A DNA stretch of 41,482 nt from Campylobacterales bacterium (GCA_027023175.1 JALVWW010000148.1:1-41482), one strand, 5' to 3'. Shown: positions 7,833 through 15,811, counted from the stretch's first letter. Translations and numbers: made by a program. Notes: generated by a model from the letters alone, not told the origin.

Positions 7833-10310
7833 ATGACTTTGTTTGTTTACTTTCAGCAAAAATGTTCTATAATTCTAGCCAACTTGTATAGAAGGATAGT
7901 TTTGTCTAAAGTTATTTGCGATCACTGTAAGCTGGAATTTGATGAAAAAGTTATGATAAAAGATAAGGATGACAGCGGAATAAAATATTTTTGTTGTAAA
8001 GGTTGTCAGGGTATTTATCATCTCTTAAGAAGTGAAGGGCTAGATGACTTTTATGATAAAGTCGGTAACAGTAAACTTGAACCTCCAAAAGAGATAAATG
8101 ATGATCTTCACAAGTTTGATCTTGAAGGATTTAAGAGAAAATACATTACTGAAAAAGCCGGTCTATGTGAAATCAATCTCATCATAGAGGGTATTCACTG
8201 TTCAGCTTGTGTGTGGCTCAATGAAAAAGTGCTTCATCAAACAGAGGGGATTGTAGAAGTCAGTATAAATTATACCAACAATAAAGCAAAAATCGTTTGG
8301 GACCCCGATACTATAAAACTCTCTGAAATTATACAAAAGATAAGAAGTATAGGATATAACGGTTATCCTTATGACCCGAAAATCCAAGAAGAAAAAGCAA
8401 ACAAAGCAAGAAGAGATTATTACTCAAGACTGCTTGTGGCCATATTTGCTACTATGAATATTATGTGGATTGCTATCGCCCAGTATACAGGGTATTTTAC
8501 CGGTATGAGAAGTGATATGAAAAATGTTTTAAATATTGCTGAGTTTATTCTTGCTACTCCTACTCTTTTTTATACGGGTTGGGTCTATTTTAAAGGTGCC
8601 TATTTTGGACTTAAAAATAGATTTATCAATATGGATGTACTTGTTGCCACCGGTGCAACTTTGGCTTATGTTTACTCTATATATGCAATGATTACCAGAA
8701 AAGGAGAAGTATATTTTGACTCTGTGACAATGATTGTTACATTTGTATTTGTGGGAAAATACCTTGAGGTTTTGAGTAAAAAAAGTGCAGTTGACAGTAT
8801 GGATAGTATTCTTGGCTCAATTCCTACCGAAGTGTTAGTAGTCCAAGAGGGCGAAAAGACTTTGGTGCCTGTTGAAGAGATAAGAGAGGGTGATATCATA
8901 GAGATAAAACCGGGCGATAAAGTAGTTATAGACGGTATTATTGTTATGGGAGAGGGTAATTTTGATCTATCTAGTTTAACAGGAGAAAGTGAGCCTATAT
9001 ATAAAAAAGAGGGAGATGAAGTTATCAGCGGTTCAGTTGGACTTGACTCAGTAATAAGATATAAAGCTACAAAAGAGTATGCCGCTTCAATGTTATGTAC
9101 TATTGCTGCTTTACTTGATGAATCTATAGTTAAGAAGCCTCAGATTGAAAAATTGGCAGATAAGATAAGCGGATACTTTTCATTTACTATATTATCATTA
9201 TCGCTTATAACATTTTTGTTTTGGTATTTTTATCTAGGTAGTGGATTTGAGAGAGCCCTGATAGTGGCGATTTCAGTTATTGTCATAGCCTGTCCTTGTG
9301 CTTTGGGACTTGCAACTCCCATGGCAACACTTATAGGTATAGGAGTAGCTTCAAAAAAAGGTATCCTTTTTAAAGAAGCCTCTTTTTTGGAGAGTATGGC
9401 AAAAAGCGATACATTGGTACTTGATAAAACAGGAACTGTTACTGAGGGAAAGCCTAAAGTTATCAAGTTTGATAAAGTTGAAGAGTTTGATATGGATATT
9501 TTATACTCATTAGTCAAATCATCTAAACACCCTATCAGTCAAGCTATTGGAGAGTATTTGCAACAGTATTACGAAGATATAAAAGAGATCAACTTACAAG
9601 ATATGAAAAATATAGAGGCAAGGGGTATAAGTGCAAAGTATGATAACAAAAATATTTTTGGAGGCAATGTAAAACTTATACAAGAGATGGGGTTAGAGTT
9701 TGATAAAAAGTGTGAAAACACTGTCTTTATCTTTGCGATTGACAATAGGATAAAAGCACTATTTGAGCTAAAAGATACTCCAAAAGAGGGAGCAAAAGAG
9801 GCGATAAAAGAGATAAAGAAGATGGGTTTGAAAACCATAATGCTAACAGGGGATAATGAAAAAGTAGCAAGAAAGATAGCTAATGATGTAGGGATAGATG
9901 AAGTGTATCATTCACTTTTTCCCAAAGATAAAGCTGATATCATTGAAAATCTACAAAAAAAAGGAAAGGTTGTTATCATGGCAGGTGATGGCATAAATGA
10001 TGTGTTAGCTCTATCTTTGAGTAATGTAGCTGTGAGTATGGGGAATGGGGCGGAAGTGAGCATAGAAGTAAGTGATGTAGTTTTGCTAAATGATGATATG
10101 GCTGCTTTAAAAGATGCTATAAAATTAAGTAAAAGAGTCTATTTAAGTATAAAAGAAAATCTTATGCTTTCTGCTATTTACAATGCCATTACTATACCAT
10201 TGGCTATGATGGGGTATGTTATACCGTTAGTTGCAGCTTTAAGTATGTCGCTTAGTTCGCTTTTGGTTGTCGGAAATTCGTATAGAATTAAATTAAAAAT
10301 TAAAAATTAA
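7833..10310 (+). CDS. ccoI: Copper-translocating P1B-type ATPase, cbb3 oxidase assembly type (CcoI/FixI)
   Basis: N-terminal CDHC...CCKGCQGIY FixI-type domain, HMA site GIHCSACV, CPC (ACPCALGLATP), DKTGT and GDGIND, followed by ccoS. The real start is probably TTG at 7902 (MSKVICDHC), with AAGGA 5 nt upstream. Confidence 0.88.
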   Translation: MTLFVYFQQKCSIILANLYRRIVLSKVICDHCKLEFDEKVMIKDKDDSGIKYFCCKGCQGIYHLLRSEGLDDFYDKVGNSKLEPPKEINDDLHKFDLEGFKRKYITEKAGLCEINLIIEGIHCSACVWLNEKVLHQTEGIVEVSINYTNNKAKIVWDPDTIKLSEIIQKIRSIGYNGYPYDPKIQEEKANKARRDYYSRLLVAIFATMNIMWIAIAQYTGYFTGMRSDMKNVLNIAEFILATPTLFYTGWVYFKGAYFGLKNRFINMDVLVATGATLAYVYSIYAMITRKGEVYFDSVTMIVTFVFVGKYLEVLSKKSAVDSMDSILGSIPTEVLVVQEGEKTLVPVEEIREGDIIEIKPGDKVVIDGIIVMGEGNFDLSSLTGESEPIYKKEGDEVISGSVGLDSVIRYKATKEYAASMLCTIAALLDESIVKKPQIEKLADKISGYFSFTILSLSLITFLFWYFYLGSGFERALIVAISVIVIACPCALGLATPMATLIGIGVASKKGILFKEASFLESMAKSDTLVLDKTGTVTEGKPKVIKFDKVEEFDMDILYSLVKSSKHPISQAIGEYLQQYYEDIKEINLQDMKNIEARGISAKYDNKNIFGGNVKLIQEMGLEFDKKCENTVFIFAIDNRIKALFELKDTPKEGAKEAIKEIKKMGLKTIMLTGDNEKVARKIANDVGIDEVYHSLFPKDKADIIENLQKKGKVVIMAGDGINDVLALSLSNVAVSMGNGAEVSIEVSDVVLLNDDMAALKDAIKLSKRVYLSIKENLMLSAIYNAITIPLAMMGYVIPLVAALSMSLSSLLVVGNSYRIKLKIKN

Positions 10311-10326
10311 AAATTTAGGATTTTAG
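10293..10326 (+). repeat. Heptamer array TTAAAAA x3 + TTTAGGA + TTTTAG spanning the ccoI stop and the ccoS RBS (copy A3)
   Basis: 7-nt period from 10293 to 10326. TAA at 10294, 10301 and 10308 falls in three frames, and the third is the ccoI stop. The AGGA at 10317-10320 is the apparent SD for ccoS (ATG 10327). Confidence 0.75.
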
Positions 10327-10560
10327 ATGAGTAGTGGAATTGTCGCAATAATGATAGGAGTTTCTACTTTTTTGGGAGCTCTGGGGCTTTGGGCACTTTT
10401 ATGGGGACTAAGAAGCGGGCAGTTTGATGATCAAAAAAAGTTTTTAGACGGTGCAAAATTTGATGGGGAAGATGAACTAAACGATGCTATAAAATTGGAA
10501 AAAAGAAAAGAGGAAATTAAGAGGAAGAAGGAGCAAAAGAGGTATGCTCCTCCTGATTGA
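10327..10560 (+). CDS. ccoS: cbb3-type cytochrome oxidase maturation protein CcoS/FixS
   Basis: 77 aa with a single TM helix followed by LLWGLRSGQFDD, the CcoS signature. It is adjacent to ccoI. Confidence 0.85.
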   Translation: MSSGIVAIMIGVSTFLGALGLWALLWGLRSGQFDDQKKFLDGAKFDGEDELNDAIKLEKRKEEIKRKKEQKRYAPPD

Positions 10561-10860
10561 TTACTTGATGGATGCTATATAATCAGCTACAGCTTTGATT
10601 TGCTCATCATTGTATGTAGCTACCTGACCTTTCATAACACCTTTCATAGGTCCGCCGAATGTTCCGGCTTTGTAACCTTCAAGTGCTTTTACTATCTCGT
10701 CAGCTTTCATACCTTTAACAACTTTGGAAACACCAAGAGCTTTTTTACTAAAGTCAGCACCGTGACAACCTGCGCATTTTGCACTCAAAGCTTTACCGTC
10801 AGCAGCCATTAAAGATAATGCACCTGCAGTTACTAATGTAGCAATTACTAATTTTTTCAT
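10561..10860 (-). CDS. Class I c-type cytochrome (cytochrome c553-like), secreted
   Basis: 99 aa with a signal peptide, a single CAGCHG heme site and a distal Met region (GGPMKGVM). Confidence 0.85.
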   Translation of the reverse strand: MKKLVIATLVTAGALSLMAADGKALSAKCAGCHGADFSKKALGVSKVVKGMKADEIVKALEGYKAGTFGGPMKGVMKGQVATYNDEQIKAVADYIASIK

Positions 10861-10966
10861 ATACTCTCCTTAAAATTTATCTCGTTATTATATCTATTTT
10901 TTCTTTATAAAAGCTTATTTTTAAAGTCAGCTTTTATCTCTTATGGATGTGAGTATATTTTTTTAC

Positions 10967-10972
10967 TATAAT
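10967..10972 (+). promoter_or_regulatory. Candidate -10 box (TATAAT) for the TPR protein transcript
   Basis: TTTTTTTACTATAAT with a T-rich upstream tract, about 15 nt upstream of the AGGATTT x3 array. Confidence 0.25.
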
Positions 10973-10987
10973 ATGAGACAAGATAAT

Positions 10988-11010
10988 AGGATTTAGGATT
11001 TAGGATTTAG
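10988..11010 (+). repeat. Perfect tandem heptamer array AGGATTT x3 (+AG), copy A4
   Basis: AGGATTTAGGATTTAGGATTTAG at 10988-11010, in the divergent region between cyt c553 and the TPR gene. TAG at 10994, 11001 and 11008 covers three frames. Confidence 0.9.
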
Positions 11011-11059
11011 TTTCCTTTACTTTATGCCTTTATTTTTTAATAGTTAAAAGGATTTTCTA

Positions 11060-11785
11060 GTGAAAAAAGTGAGGGTTTTCTTTTATTTGGCTTTATTGAG
11101 TTTTAGTATGTTGAGGGCTGGGGAAAGTAGCTGTAAAGAAAGTAGTTATTTGGATTTTCAAAAAGATAAAAATCAAAGTGAGACGGTATTGCGGCAATTG
11201 GTTCAAAAAAACCCAAAAGATATGGAGTGTGTCTTAAAACTTATACATATTTATCTTAAAAACGGTAAAGTTGAAAAGGGATTGGAACTTTTGGTACAAG
11301 CTGATAAGAGAGACCATGAGTTTATAAAAAACAGAAAAATTCATAAAATTCTTAAAATTGCAAAATATTTAATCAAGTTGAAGAAAAAGGCCATAAAAAA
11401 TAATGATGTAAATTCTTGGAATATTTTGGGCGCAGCTTATTATAAAATGGGTGTATTTCATGAATCCATCAAAGCTTACAATAAAAGCTTGCAAATCAAT
11501 CCTGATCAAATAGGTGCAAGACTTACTTTGGCACTTGATTTCTCCAGAACCAATCAGGCTTATAGAGCTATAGAAGAGTTGACAAAAGTTATGTCATTGG
11601 ATAAAAACAATTTTTATGCATACTATTATGCCGGTAAAATTTTAAAATATCAGATAAAAGATATAAAAAAAGCTAAAGCTTATTTGGAAAAAGCAAAATT
11701 TTTATGCCAAAAACAAAAGAAAAGTTTTAGACCCGGTATTTACAAAAAATATATAAAAGACTTGGAAATTGAAACAAAAAAGTAA
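11060..11785 (+). CDS. Secreted tetratricopeptide (TPR) repeat protein
   Basis: 241 aa with a GTG start and signal peptide. TPR-like repeats include WNILGAAYYKMGVFHESIKAYNKSLQINP and YAYYYAGKILK. Confidence 0.65.
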   Translation: MKKVRVFFYLALLSFSMLRAGESSCKESSYLDFQKDKNQSETVLRQLVQKNPKDMECVLKLIHIYLKNGKVEKGLELLVQADKRDHEFIKNRKIHKILKIAKYLIKLKKKAIKNNDVNSWNILGAAYYKMGVFHESIKAYNKSLQINPDQIGARLTLALDFSRTNQAYRAIEELTKVMSLDKNNFYAYYYAGKILKYQIKDIKKAKAYLEKAKFLCQKQKKSFRPGIYKKYIKDLEIETKK

Positions 11786-12290
11786 AGCTCTTTTTCTCGA
11801 TAGAGACGGTGTTGTAAATATTGACAAATCCTATCTTTACAAAAAAGAGGATTTTGTTTTTTGTGACGGGATTTTTGAGCTTTTAAAATATGCTCAAAAT
11901 CTTGGTCATAAGCTTTTTATAGTAACTAATCAGTCCGGAATTGCAAGAGGGTATTACAGTGAAGATGATTTTGATCAATTAACATCATGGATGCTTGATG
12001 AGTTTAAAAAAAGAGGTATTAAAATAGAAAAAGTTTACCACTGTCCCCATTTACCCGAAGATAACTGTGAATGTCGAAAACCTAAACCCAAAATGTTAAT
12101 AGATGCCATAAGTGAATTTGATATAGACCCTGCTGCATCCTGGATGATAGGAGACAAGCCAAGCGATATGGAAGCTGCAAAAAATGCAGGAGTGCAAAAT
12201 ACTATCCTGATTTCCAATCAAAACAAAAAAACTCCCTCAGCGAAATACAGTGTTCAATCACTTTATGATATAATTGATATCATAAAGTGA
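11769..12290 (+). CDS. gmhB: D-glycero-D-manno-heptose 1,7-bisphosphate phosphatase
   Basis: 173 aa with LFLDRDGVVN (HAD motif I), VTNQSGIARG, the zinc site CPHLPEDNCECRKPKP and MIGDKPSDMEAAKNAG. Confidence 0.9.
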   Translation: MKQKSKALFLDRDGVVNIDKSYLYKKEDFVFCDGIFELLKYAQNLGHKLFIVTNQSGIARGYYSEDDFDQLTSWMLDEFKKRGIKIEKVYHCPHLPEDNCECRKPKPKMLIDAISEFDIDPAASWMIGDKPSDMEAAKNAGVQNTILISNQNKKTPSAKYSVQSLYDIIDIIK

Positions 12291-12358
12291 CCTTACACAC
12301 TATATCGTACCATCAGTGAGTTTTAAAGTGTACGAGTGAAAGGTCAGCTACAAAAAAT

Positions 12359-12376
12359 TAGGATAATATAGGATAA
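12359..12376 (+). repeat. Direct repeat TAGGATAA x2 (period 10) forming the hldD RBS region
   Basis: TAGGATAA at 12359-12366 and 12369-12376, with the ATG at 12380. The GGATAA core is shared with the octamer family. Confidence 0.5.
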
Positions 12377-12379
12377 CAT

Positions 12380-13381
12380 ATGGAATACAGTGATATTGAT
12401 TTTAATAAAAAAAATATACTCATAACAGGCGGAGCCGGTTTTATAGGAAGCAACCTTGCATTTTACTTTCAGGATAATTATCCGGATGCAAATATAGTAG
12501 TCTTTGATAAATTTAGAAATGAAGAGACTTTTGATAACGGCAACCTGAAAAGTTTTGGACATTTTAAAAATCTTATCGGCTTTAGAGGAACTGTTATAAG
12601 CGGGGATATTACAAACAAAGAGGATATAAAAAAATTAGCTGATTATGAGTTTGACTATATATTTCATAAAGCCGCTATCAGTGATACGACCGTGAGTGAC
12701 CAAAAGATAATGATAGATACAAATGTCAATGCTTTTGTTGATTTGCTAGAAATGGCAAAAAAGATGAAATCTGTTATGGTTTATGCAAGTAGTGCCGCAA
12801 CATACGGAGACAGTGACAGATTTAGTATAGGCTATGAGCAGCCAAACAATGCATATGGTTTTAGTAAATTAATGATGGATAATATTGCAAAAAAATATAT
12901 AAAAGACTGTGATATATCTATAGTAGGTTTAAGATATTTTAATGTTTATGGAGAGAGAGAATTTTTTAAAAATAAAACTTCATCCATGGTGCTACAGTTT
13001 GGCTTACAGCTTTTAAGAGGTGAGAATGCAAAGCTTTTTAAAGGAAGTGATAAAATAAAAAGAGACTTTATATATATAAAAGATGTTATTCAGGCAAATA
13101 TAAAAGCATGCAAACCTAAAAAAAGCGGTATTTACAATGTAGGTACAGGAAAAGCAAGAAGTTTTCAGGATATCGTTGATATATTAAAAAAAGAATTAAA
13201 TATAAAAAGAGAAGATTTATACATTCCAAACCCTTACGAAAAACAGTATCAATTTTTTACTGAAGCTGATATATCTCTCAGCAGAGAGTATTTGGATTAT
13301 GAGCCAAGATATTCTCTTGAAGAGGGCATAAAGGCATATTTACCTGAAATTAAGAGGATTTTTGAGGCTGAAGGCAGGTAA
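12380..13381 (+). CDS. hldD: ADP-L-glycero-D-manno-heptose 6-epimerase
   Basis: 333 aa SDR with ITGGAGFIGSNL and a YxxxK region (YGFSKLMMD). It sits in the heptose operon. Confidence 0.88.
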   Translation: MEYSDIDFNKKNILITGGAGFIGSNLAFYFQDNYPDANIVVFDKFRNEETFDNGNLKSFGHFKNLIGFRGTVISGDITNKEDIKKLADYEFDYIFHKAAISDTTVSDQKIMIDTNVNAFVDLLEMAKKMKSVMVYASSAATYGDSDRFSIGYEQPNNAYGFSKLMMDNIAKKYIKDCDISIVGLRYFNVYGEREFFKNKTSSMVLQFGLQLLRGENAKLFKGSDKIKRDFIYIKDVIQANIKACKPKKSGIYNVGTGKARSFQDIVDILKKELNIKREDLYIPNPYEKQYQFFTEADISLSREYLDYEPRYSLEEGIKAYLPEIKRIFEAEGR

Positions 13382-13430
13382 TAAGGGGATAAGGTGGTAA
13401 GGGGATAAGGTGGTAAGGATAGTAGGATGA
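13382..13430 (+). repeat. Octamer-family repeat array, copy B2 (16-nt unit GGGGATAAGGTGGTAA x2 plus degenerate tail)
   Basis: Perfect tandem copies at 13385-13400 and 13401-13416, directly after the TAA TAA that ends hldD. They are followed by GGATAGTAGGATGA. Confidence 0.9.
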
Positions 13431-13448
13431 TTGAAAGGGTGATGTATT

Positions 13449-13802
13449 TTGGCTGAGTTTCGTGATTTGATAATATGGCAGGATTCTATAAAATTAGTAA
13501 AAGATGTATATAATTTGGTGCAAAATTTTCCAAAAGAGGAAATCTTTGGAATTTCTTCACAGATGAAAAGATCTGCTGTTTCTATTCCAAGTAATATTGC
13601 AGAAGGCAAAGGAAGACAGACAAAAAAGGAGTTTGTTAATTATCTTCATATTTCTCTTGGGTCTTTGTATGAATTGAAAACACAATTGATTATAGCAAAA
13701 GAGTTGGATTTCATTAAAGATTTTGATGGTATTGAAAAAAATATAAATAGGCTTGAAAAAATGATAAATTCATTAATAAAAAGGAATAAAAATGCAAAAT
13801 AA
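13449..13802 (+). CDS. Four-helix-bundle protein (23S rRNA intervening-sequence protein family, Avd-like)
   Basis: 117 aa with a TTG start directly after an in-frame TGA. FRDLIIWQDSIKLVKDVY...FPKEE...ISSQMKRSAVSIPSNIAEG...L.IS.GSLYELKTQL is the typical signature of this family. Confidence 0.85.
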   Translation: MAEFRDLIIWQDSIKLVKDVYNLVQNFPKEEIFGISSQMKRSAVSIPSNIAEGKGRQTKKEFVNYLHISLGSLYELKTQLIIAKELDFIKDFDGIEKNINRLEKMINSLIKRNKNAK

Positions 13803-15258
13803 TTCCTCCTTCGCTCCTACCACCCTACCACCCTACCACCCTACCACTCCTAACATCTTAGTTATCGGTGATCTTATGATAGATCACTATCTTTTTGGAA
13901 AAGTTGAGAGAATTTCTCCTGAAGCACCTGTGCAGGTTGTAGAGATAGAAGAGGAAAAAATGCTTCTTGGAGGTGCTGGAAATGTTATAAACAACCTTTT
14001 GGCCCTTGGAGCAAAAGTGAATGTCGCAAGTGTTGTGGGAGATGATGAAAACGGAGAGTGGATAAAAAAAAGACTTTCATCCAAGGATATCGACTTAAAT
14101 AATTTAATTTGCCAAAGCGGAAGAGATACATCTAAAAAGACAAGAGTCATTTCATCCAATCAGCAAATATTACGATATGATAAAGAGAGCAAGGATGATA
14201 TATCAAAAGAGAGTGAAGAAAAACTGCTTGAAGTTATGTCAAATGAGTATGATTTGATACTATTGTCAGATTATGCAAAAGGTGTGCTTACCGATTCGTT
14301 GACAAAAAAGATTATAGCTTTCTCAAATATAAAAAATATACCTGTTTTTATCGACCCTAAGGGGAGCGATTATTCAAAATATAACGGAGCTACGCTTATA
14401 ACACCAAATAAAAAAGAGGCCGAGATAGCTACCGGCATAAAGATACAAGATGATGAGAGTTTGAAAAAAGCAGGGTTTATACTCAAAGAAAAGTATGATT
14501 TGGATAGTGTTATTATAACACTTAGTGAAAACGGTATGGCCATCTTTGAAGATGAAATGAGCAAGATCCCGACTGTTGCGAAAGAGGTTTATGATGTGAC
14601 CGGTGCAGGAGATACTGTGCTTTCAGCTTTAGGGTATGCTGTTACCAAAGGAAAAGAGTTAAAAGAAGCCGCCAAGTTTGCAAATTATGCGGCAGGTGTT
14701 GTTGTAGGAAAAGTAGGAAGTGCAACAGCAACTTTAAGTGAGATAGAAGATTATAAAAAATCACTTCACCAAGAAAGCAGTGAAGACTTTATAAAAGATT
14801 TTGAAAGTATCAAAACTTTAGTGGATACCATAAAACAAAAAGAACAAACCATAGTTTTCACAAACGGATGCTTTGATATACTTCATTTAGGTCATGTCAA
14901 ATACCTTGAAAGTGCTAAAAATATGGGGGATGTTTTAATTGTCGGCCTGAACAGTGATGCGTCAGTCAAGAGACTAAAAGGGGAAACAAGACCTATCAAT
15001 CCCCAATATGACAGAGCATATCTGCTTGCAGCTTTGGAGTGTGTGGATTATGTGGTGATATTTGATGAAGATACTCCATATGAACTTATCAAGATAGTCC
15101 AGCCCGATATCCTGGTAAAAGGCGGTGACTACAGATATCAAAATGTAGTAGGCAGCGACATTGCAAAAGAGGTGAGATTTGTTGATTTTGTTGAAGGGAA
15201 AAGTACCACAGGAATTATTAAAAAAATAGGAAATGAAAATGATGCAGATGATAAATGA
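13792..15258 (+). CDS. hldE: Bifunctional D-beta-D-heptose 7-phosphate kinase / D-beta-D-heptose 1-phosphate adenylyltransferase
   Basis: 488 aa with an N-terminal ribokinase-like domain ([12 protein letters not shown]...[19 protein letters not shown]) and a C-terminal cytidylyltransferase domain ([17 protein letters not shown]). The only plausible start (ATG 13792) lies inside the preceding four-helix-bundle ORF. Confidence 0.92.
   Translation: MQNNSSFAPTTLPPYHPTTPNILVIGDLMIDHYLFGKVERISPEAPVQVVEIEEEKMLLGGAGNVINNLLALGAKVNVASVVGDDENGEWIKKRLSSKDIDLNNLICQSGRDTSKKTRVISSNQQILRYDKESKDDISKESEEKLLEVMSNEYDLILLSDYAKGVLTDSLTKKIIAFSNIKNIPVFIDPKGSDYSKYNGATLITPNKKEAEIATGIKIQDDESLKKAGFILKEKYDLDSVIITLSENGMAIFEDEMSKIPTVAKEVYDVTGAGDTVLSALGYAVTKGKELKEAAKFANYAAGVVVGKVGSATATLSEIEDYKKSLHQESSEDFIKDFESIKTLVDTIKQKEQTIVFTNGCFDILHLGHVKYLESAKNMGDVLIVGLNSDASVKRLKGETRPINPQYDRAYLLAALECVDYVVIFDEDTPYELIKIVQPDILVKGGDYRYQNVVGSDIAKEVRFVDFVEGKSTTGIIKKIGNENDADDK
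13816..13847 (-). repeat. Octamer-family repeat array, copy B3 (CCTACCAC x4 on plus strand, GTGGTAGG x4 on minus strand)
   Basis: Four perfect tandem 8-mers at 13816-13847. They are translated within the hldE N-terminus as [10 protein letters not shown]. Confidence 0.9.
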
Positions 15259-15811
15259 AGAAATAGGAAGTCATATAGATACTGTAAATAAAACTCTTGA
15301 AAATCTTCAAAGCTATATCTATACGGCTTGTGTGATAACGACTGAAGCCTTGCAAAGAGGAAACAAGTTGCTTATATTTGGTAACGGAGGCAGCGCAGCT
15401 GATGCTCAGCATATAGCAGCAGAATTAACAGGTAGATATAAAACCGAAAGAAAAGGACTTCCAGCAATTGCACTTACAACTGATACTTCAGCCTTGACAG
15501 CCATCGGAAATGACTTTGGGTATGAAAAAGTTTTTGAAAGACAGGTTGAAGCTTTGGCAAATGAAGGAGATGTGCTTCTTGGCATATCAACAAGCGGAAA
15601 CAGTGATAATGTCTTAAGAGCACTTTTTTTGGGAAGAAAAATGGGATGCAAGACCATAGGTCTCAGCGGAAAAGATGGAGGTCATATGGGTAAATTTTGT
15701 GATGTAAACATAGTAGTGCCTTCAGACAATACCCCGCGTATTCAAGAGATGCACATAATGATAGGACATATCATCTGCCAAGCAGTTGATGATGCCTTAT
15801 CTCGGAGATAA
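15233..15811 (+). CDS. gmhA: Phosphoheptose isomerase (sedoheptulose-7-phosphate isomerase)
   Basis: 192 aa SIS domain with [11 protein letters not shown] and GISTSGNS. The start may be one of the ATGs at 15239-15248. Confidence 0.92.
   Translation: MKMMQMINEEIGSHIDTVNKTLENLQSYIYTACVITTEALQRGNKLLIFGNGGSAADAQHIAAELTGRYKTERKGLPAIALTTDTSALTAIGNDFGYEKVFERQVEALANEGDVLLGISTSGNSDNVLRALFLGRKMGCKTIGLSGKDGGHMGKFCDVNIVVPSDNTPRIQEMHIMIGHIICQAVDDALSRR

Larger units (their letters stand above)
13382..13855 (+). mobile_element. IVS-like cassette: four-helix-bundle gene bracketed by oppositely oriented octamer arrays, inserted between hldD and hldE
   Basis: The left array is G-rich (13385-13416). The right array is CCTACCAC x4 (13816-13847), the same octamer family in reverse orientation. 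The ORF belongs to the family first found in 23S rRNA intervening sequences. There is no recombinase, so mobility is not demonstrated. Confidence 0.35.

Noticed and set aside
7833-7901. N-terminal 23 residues of the ccoI track ORF
   Set aside because: There is no RBS before ATG 7833. TTG 7902 has AAGGA at optimal spacing and yields MSKVICDHC, the usual start of FixI/CcoI-type proteins. The gene call is kept at track coordinates, but the start is probably 7902.
12291-12343. Imperfect hairpin after gmhB (CCTTACAC..TCGTAC / GTACGA..GTGAAAGG) as an intrinsic terminator
   Set aside because: The stem is interrupted and is not followed by a T-run. gmhB and hldD are most likely co-transcribed. It is kept only as a weak structural note.
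13340-13609. 89-aa minus-strand ORF spanning the hldD 3' end, the octamer array and the four-helix-bundle gene start
   Set aside because: It is antisense to two well-supported genes and translates the repeat array. No motif or RBS was seen.
13385-13847. Short tandem repeat arrays as CRISPR arrays
   Set aside because: Units are 7-16 nt and directly tandem with no unique spacers. No cas genes or leader are present. This is not CRISPR.
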